From: Candidatus Latescibacterota bacterium
Lineage (GTDB): Bacteria; Latescibacterota; UBA2968; UBA8231
DNA length: 64,000 bases
Reading direction: 5' to 3'
Assembly: GCA_965261395.1 (NCBI GenBank)
Contig: OZ253462.1
Coordinates: forward strand, 5,056,001 to 5,120,000
The translations under genes and the position numbers were made by a program. Shown piece after piece: positions 59,428 to 64,000 of the stretch (position 1 is the stretch's first letter; every line of letters starts with the position of its first letter). The notes beneath the pieces were generated by a model, which did no database searches, was not told the DNA's origin, and was given only the letters and a program-made list of their open reading frames with translations.

Positions 59428-60315
59428 TCAAAGGCGCAGCAATTCCCCCTCGCCAAAGACGAGCAGATCGGCCAGGATCGCAGCAAAGTAGATCAGGCTG
59501 ACCGTGCTGTTGACCGTCATAAAGGCCGTGCTCATGCGGGACAGGTCGTCGGCCCGCACCAGCCGGTGCTCGTACACCAGCAAGCCAGCTACCACTACTA
59601 CCCCCAACCAGTACAAAAAGTTCAAGCCAGCCATGTGGCCCACGAGGATCAACAGCACCACAAACAACAGGTGTAAGGCGCGAGCAATGTACAAAGCGCG
59701 AGCAATGCCAAAGCGAACCGGGATGGAATGGAGTCCGGCCCGCACGTCAAAGGCGTGATCCTGGCAGGCGTAGATGATGTCAAAGCCAGCCACCCAAACC
59801 AGCACTCCCAAGCAGAGCAGCAGCGGTATGAGGTCAAAGCCGCCGGTGACCGCAATCCAGGCGCCCAGTGGTGCCCCGCCCAAACTCAGCCCCAAAATCA
59901 AGTGAGAGGCCCAAGTGAAGCGCTTGGTCAGCGAGTAAAACAAAAGCACGGCCAAAACCAACGGCGACAGATAAAAGCACAACGAGTTGAGCCGGTAAGC
60001 TGCCAAGACCAAAACCAAGACAGACAAAACCACGAACAACCCCACAGCTTGCGGCGAGACCACGCCTCGCGGCAATTCGCGGTTTTCGGTGCGGGGATTG
60101 GCCGCGTCGAGGTGGCGGTCAACGAGGCGATTAAAACCCATCGCCGCGCTGCGCGCCCCCACCATCGCCAGCGCAATCCAGCCGATCTGAGCCGGGGTAA
60201 TGCCCGTGTAAGTCGCGGCCAGCAAGGCACCGCTAAAAGCAAAGGGCAAAGCAAAGACGCTGTGGGAGAATTTGATCATGCGGCCGTACACCGCAATGGC
60301 CTGCAAGGGAGCCAT
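59428..60315 (-). CDS. mqnP: UbiA-family prenyltransferase (MqnP-like)
   Basis: IKFSHSVFALPF, NRLVDRHLDAANPRT, YSLTKRF, FDIIYACQD; multiple TM segments. Confidence 0.85.
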   Translation of the reverse strand: MAPLQAIAVYGRMIKFSHSVFALPFAFSGALLAATYTGITPAQIGWIALAMVGARSAAMGFNRLVDRHLDAANPRTENRELPRGVVSPQAVGLFVVLSVLVLVLAAYRLNSLCFYLSPLVLAVLLFYSLTKRFTWASHLILGLSLGGAPLGAWIAVTGGFDLIPLLLCLGVLVWVAGFDIIYACQDHAFDVRAGLHSIPVRFGIARALYIARALHLLFVVLLILVGHMAGLNFLYWLGVVVVAGLLVYEHRLVRADDLSRMSTAFMTVNSTVSLIYFAAILADLLVFGEGELLRL

Positions 60316-60327
60316 CTCGACCTTCCT

Positions 60328-61122
60328 TCAGGCTGCTGGATAAAAGCGCAGCGGAGGGACCGCGTCGATCAGGCCGTGGCGATGAGCCAGTTGGTAGAAC
60401 AACTGCAAACCAGCTTGGGCGGCCTCGTCCAAATCAAAGCGGATGTGGTGGGTCAGGTAGCGCTCGTAGAACTCGGGCGAGCCGCCGCATTCTCGGCTAT
60501 ACGCTGCGGCGATGGATGGCACTTGGCATACCCCTTGATCTTTGGCCCGCTGCAATTGTTGGACTTGGGCGGGTGTGAGCGCCTGCTGGCGGCCAGCCCA
60601 AAAGGCAAACACAAAAGGCAGATCGGTCATAGCCGTCCATTCCTGACCCAAATCCAAGCTCTCCACGTCCCTGTCCAAGTGCGGAAAGACCTGATCGCCG
60701 ATGAGCAGGGCCGCGTCGGCACACTCCAGCATGGCCTCCAAGTCGGGCGGAGCTTCAATCAATTGCGGAGTAAGAGCGAACCTTTCGCGCAGGAGAATGG
60801 ACAAGAGAGCCACTGAAGTGCGGGAACTGGTATCTAAGGCGATGCGCTCGATCCGCGACAACGGACGGCGGCAAAAGAGGCGCACCGTCAGCACCGATCC
60901 CTGCGAGCCAATGGCTATATCGGGGACGATCCAGTAGGGGTGAGGACTGCGGGCGTATTCGATCGCGGGAATGACCCCCACGTCGATCGTACCGGCCGCG
61001 AGTTCCCTCGCGCAGCGCGAAGGAACTGAATAACTCAAGGCGAAAGGTGCGGGGTCGCGTTCAAGGGCAAAGACGAGGGGCCGCGTGTTGAGGTACGGGA
61101 CCGCGCCCAAGCGCGGCTTCAT
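60328..61122 (-). CDS. mqnA: Chorismate dehydratase MqnA
   Basis: VPYLNTRP, SSRTSVAL, ALLIGD, DLGQEW...LPFVFAFW. Confidence 0.9.
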   Translation of the reverse strand: MKPRLGAVPYLNTRPLVFALERDPAPFALSYSVPSRCARELAAGTIDVGVIPAIEYARSPHPYWIVPDIAIGSQGSVLTVRLFCRRPLSRIERIALDTSSRTSVALLSILLRERFALTPQLIEAPPDLEAMLECADAALLIGDQVFPHLDRDVESLDLGQEWTAMTDLPFVFAFWAGRQQALTPAQVQQLQRAKDQGVCQVPSIAAAYSRECGGSPEFYERYLTHHIRFDLDEAAQAGLQLFYQLAHRHGLIDAVPPLRFYPAA

Positions 61123-62261
61123 GAATGGAGGGCCTCTTGCAAAGCGTCGATCCGACAGGGTGAAGCCACCAACTCGTAGCGGGTGTTGCGCCGTTGGGGC
61201 GCAAAGCCGGCGTCGCGAATTAGCCGTTCCATCGCATCCAAGCTCATCTCGTTGGTGTGGCTGGTGCCGGCGGCGCTGACGACGTTTTCTTCGAGCATGG
61301 TGCTGCCGAAGTCGTTGACTCCGTAGTGCAAGCTAACTTGGGCGATTTTAGGCCCTTGGGTCACCCACGAGGCCTGCAGGCTGGGGATATTGTCGAGGAA
61401 GAGCCGCGCTACCGCCACCGTGCGCAGGTGGTCGTACCCGGTTGCTTTGGCACCGTTCCAGCGGGTAGCGTCCGCGCCCAAGTCCGTGTGGTCGGGTTGG
61501 AAGTTCCAAGCGATAAAAGCGGTGAAGCCACCGCGCTCGTCCTGTAGCTGCCGCAGGTGGTCAAGGTGCTCTAGGCGGTGTTCGACCGTCTCCACATGGC
61601 CGTACATCATCGTCGCGGTGGTCGGCATCCCCAGTTTGTGCGCCACGCGATGCACTTCCAGCCACTCCTCGGTGCGATCCTTGCGAAAGCCGATAATATC
61701 GCGCACCTCGTCGTTGAGGATCTCGGCCCCGGCCCCCGGTATCGAATCCAGCCCAGCGTCGCGCAGGCGGCGAATGGTCTCATCCAGTGGCAGCCGCGAC
61801 AGGTGTGCGATGTAGATGATTTCCGTGGCCGAAAGACAGTGTAGCTGCACCTGCGGATAGCGGTCCCTAATCGCCGCAAGCAACTGTTCGTAGTAATCGA
61901 GACGCAGCTTGGGGTTGAGACCGCCCTGCATCAGGATTTCGCAGGACTTGAGCTCGTCGCCGCCAAAGGCCACCAGTTTATCGATTTTGGCAAATATCTG
62001 CTCTTGGGGCAGGACGTAGCCCTCGTTGGAACCCGGCGGCCGGTAGAAGGCGCAAAAGTCGCACTTGACCCAGCAGACATTGGTGTAGTTGATGTTGCGC
62101 CCGACATTGTAGGTGACCATCTGCTCGGGGTGTTTCTGCAGGCGCACCCAATGCGCCAACATCCCCAACTCGGCAAGGTTGTGGTGCGCGTAGAGGCGAC
62201 GGGCATCATCGAGCGCGAGGCGCTCCCCGGCATAGACTTTTTCGGCAATATCGGTAATCAC
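61119..62261 (-). CDS. mqnC: Cyclic dehypoxanthinyl futalosine synthase MqnC
   Basis: RNINYTNVCWVKCDFCAF radical SAM motif, LMQGG, QASWVTQG, DFGSTMLEENVV. Confidence 0.92.
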   Translation of the reverse strand: MITDIAEKVYAGERLALDDARRLYAHHNLAELGMLAHWVRLQKHPEQMVTYNVGRNINYTNVCWVKCDFCAFYRPPGSNEGYVLPQEQIFAKIDKLVAFGGDELKSCEILMQGGLNPKLRLDYYEQLLAAIRDRYPQVQLHCLSATEIIYIAHLSRLPLDETIRRLRDAGLDSIPGAGAEILNDEVRDIIGFRKDRTEEWLEVHRVAHKLGMPTTATMMYGHVETVEHRLEHLDHLRQLQDERGGFTAFIAWNFQPDHTDLGADATRWNGAKATGYDHLRTVAVARLFLDNIPSLQASWVTQGPKIAQVSLHYGVNDFGSTMLEENVVSAAGTSHTNEMSLDAMERLIRDAGFAPQRRNTRYELVASPCRIDALQEALHS

Positions 62262-62266
62262 GGGCG

Positions 62267-63391
62267 CTATCCAGCCGCCGCCAGCAGGGTCGAGGTATCG
62301 GCGACGATATTGTAGAGGGAATCGCGCTCCAAAGGCTGGCGCCCGGCCTCGACGATGCGCTGCAAGAGGTCGGCCTGCGTCAGCCGCTGCTGAGTGTCAG
62401 CAAAGCTCTTGCGGGTGATTTCGTAGTCCATGACGGTGCCGTCGATATCGTCGGCCCCGTACCAGAGCGCGGTCTGCGAAATCTCAATGGTGTTCATAAT
62501 CCAGAAGGTCTTGACGTGGGGGAAGTTGTCGAGCATCAGCCGCCCCACGGCGATTTCTTTGAGGTCTAAGCAACCCGTCGGCCCGGATAAGTGCTCCAGT
62601 TCGGTGCGCTCGGGATGAAAAGAAAGCGGGATATAGCAGAGGAAGCCGTCGGTCTCGTCCTGCACTTCGCGCAGTCGCACGAGGTGATAGACCTTCTCCT
62701 CAGTGTTTTCGATGTGGCCGTAGAGCATGGTGGCGTTGGAGGGCAAGCCGGCTCGATGCGCCGTCTGGGCGATTTCCAGCCATTCCTCAGAGTCCGCCTT
62801 GGTCCAGAACAGGTCGCCTTGGACCCGATCGCTAAATACCTCGGCCCCACCGCCGGGCAGCGACTCTAGCCCAGCCGCCTTTAGGTCGGCAAAGATCTCC
62901 TCCAGCGGCTTTTTGGCGATGCGCTGAATCTGGGCGATCTCGATCATGGTGAAGGCCTTCAGATGCGCGGCGGGGCGGGCTTGCTTCATCGCCCGCAAAA
63001 CGTCGAGATAGTATTGGTAAGGCAACTTGGGATTGACGCCGCCGACCATGTGGATCTCGGTGATCGGGGCTTGGTCGTACTCGGCGACCCGCGCGGCGAC
63101 CTGCTCGGGTGCCAACACGTAGCCGCGCTCGTCTTTGGGCTTGACGTAGAAGGAGCAGAACTTACAGAGCTTGTTGCAGATATTGGTATAATTGATGTGC
63201 TGATTGCGCACGTAGTACGCAGTGTCGCCGCTTTTGCGCTCGCGGACGATATTGGCCAGATAGCCCAAGATAGGCAGTTCATCGCAGGCGTACAGGCGCA
63301 GGCCGTCGTCCAAGCTCAAGCGCTGTCCGGCCAGCACTTTGTCGTGGATATCGCCGAGGCCGGCACGGCCGATAAGATCGTCGTAAATCAC
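62267..63391 (-). CDS. mqnE: Aminofutalosine synthase MqnE
   Basis: CNKLCKFC, EIHMVGG, LKAFT, SNATMLYGHIE, DNFPHVKTFWIM, DIDGTV. Confidence 0.92.
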   Translation of the reverse strand: MIYDDLIGRAGLGDIHDKVLAGQRLSLDDGLRLYACDELPILGYLANIVRERKSGDTAYYVRNQHINYTNICNKLCKFCSFYVKPKDERGYVLAPEQVAARVAEYDQAPITEIHMVGGVNPKLPYQYYLDVLRAMKQARPAAHLKAFTMIEIAQIQRIAKKPLEEIFADLKAAGLESLPGGGAEVFSDRVQGDLFWTKADSEEWLEIAQTAHRAGLPSNATMLYGHIENTEEKVYHLVRLREVQDETDGFLCYIPLSFHPERTELEHLSGPTGCLDLKEIAVGRLMLDNFPHVKTFWIMNTIEISQTALWYGADDIDGTVMDYEITRKSFADTQQRLTQADLLQRIVEAGRQPLERDSLYNIVADTSTLLAAAG

Positions 63392-63431
63392 TTATTTCTC
63401 CCGCGTTTAGTACATAATACCTATGGGTATC

Positions 63432-64000
63432 CTATTCGTCAACCGGCCTTTTGACGCCCTGGTACACCGCGGCAATCCCTAGGGTCATGGGCATGTAGCG
63501 CGTCTGGCTGAAACCAGCCTCGACCAGCAATTCGACAAAGGCCTGCCCTTGGGGAAAGGTCCCCACCGAACGAGGCAGATAGGCATAGGCCCGGCGCTGG
63601 CCGGAAATTAGGCCGCCGATTAGGGGCAGCACTTTGTGGAAATAGAACAAGTACAATTGCCGAAACAGCGGCGCAGTAGGCTCGCAGAAGTCGAGCACCA
63701 AGAGCTGGCCGCCGGGTTTGAGGACGCGGTAGGCCTCGGCCAAGCCGCTGGGAATGTGCCCAAAATTGCGCACCCCAAACGCCCCGGTCACCAAGTCGAA
63801 GGAGGCATCCTGGAACGGCAACTGCTCGGCGTCGCCGACCAATAGCTCCAGCGACATCGGCGGGCGTTTTGCCGCGGCTTTGGCAGCACCCAACCGCAGC
63901 ATCTCAACGGCCATATCGACGCCTACTACTTGCTGCGGCCTCAGCCGCGCCGCCGCTAGAGCAAAATCGCCGGTGCCGGTAGCTAAGTCCAAAACGCGCT
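63432..64000 (-). CDS. menG: Demethylmenaquinone methyltransferase UbiE/MenG (5' end outside the window)
   Basis: LDLATGTGD, GDAEQLPF, FGVRN, RVLKPGG, AYAYLPRS. Confidence 0.88.
   Translation of the reverse strand, partial: RVLDLATGTGDFALAAARLRPQQVVGVDMAVEMLRLGAAKAAAKRPPMSLELLVGDAEQLPFQDASFDLVTGAFGVRNFGHIPSGLAEAYRVLKPGGQLLVLDFCEPTAPLFRQLYLFYFHKVLPLIGGLISGQRRAYAYLPRSVGTFPQGQAFVELLVEAGFSQTRYMPMTLGIAAVYQGVKRPVDE

Noticed and set aside
1-64000. CRISPR array, tRNA or rRNA genes
   Set aside because: No regularly spaced repeats and no recognisable tRNA or rRNA motifs in the intergenic gaps on manual reading.

Overview
High-GC bacterial chromosome segment, probably from a diderm (an Lpt locus and TolC are present; taxonomy not established). 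Two defence islands flank about 33 kb of housekeeping genes. Island 1 (about 1.0-18.5 kb, minus strand) is a type-1 BREX operon (brxA-like, brxB, brxC, pglX, pglZ, brxL). Two genes are inserted between pglX and pglZ: a PHP-domain/ABC-ATPase (TrlF/Ppl-like) and a Schlafen/AlbA_2-HATPase_c_4 protein. A broken low-GC nuclease-like gene follows brxL, and an ISKra4-like IS at the left edge truncates a SAM methyltransferase. The core region holds rpoN, lptB, a long LptC/A-like gene, pyrG, gatC, smc, rfbC, an ECF sigma behind a sigma-54 promoter, tal, gmhA-like, TolC, a 6-Cys DksA, Mrp, an M23 peptidase, RsmF, ubiX, a xylonate dehydratase and rfbB. Island 2 (about 51.7-59.4 kb) holds a frameshifted Schlafen/AlbA_2 plus ParA pair, a 136-bp fic remnant that forms a direct repeat with the intact fic, vapBC, and an HgiDII/BbrUII-like GHKL restriction enzyme with a C5 methyltransferase. 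The window ends in a futalosine menaquinone operon. Manual motif scans found no GTCGAC in 64 kb and strong conversion of CCWGG to its m5C-deamination products. No rRNA, tRNA or CRISPR array was seen. All calls come from motif reading; no database was searched.
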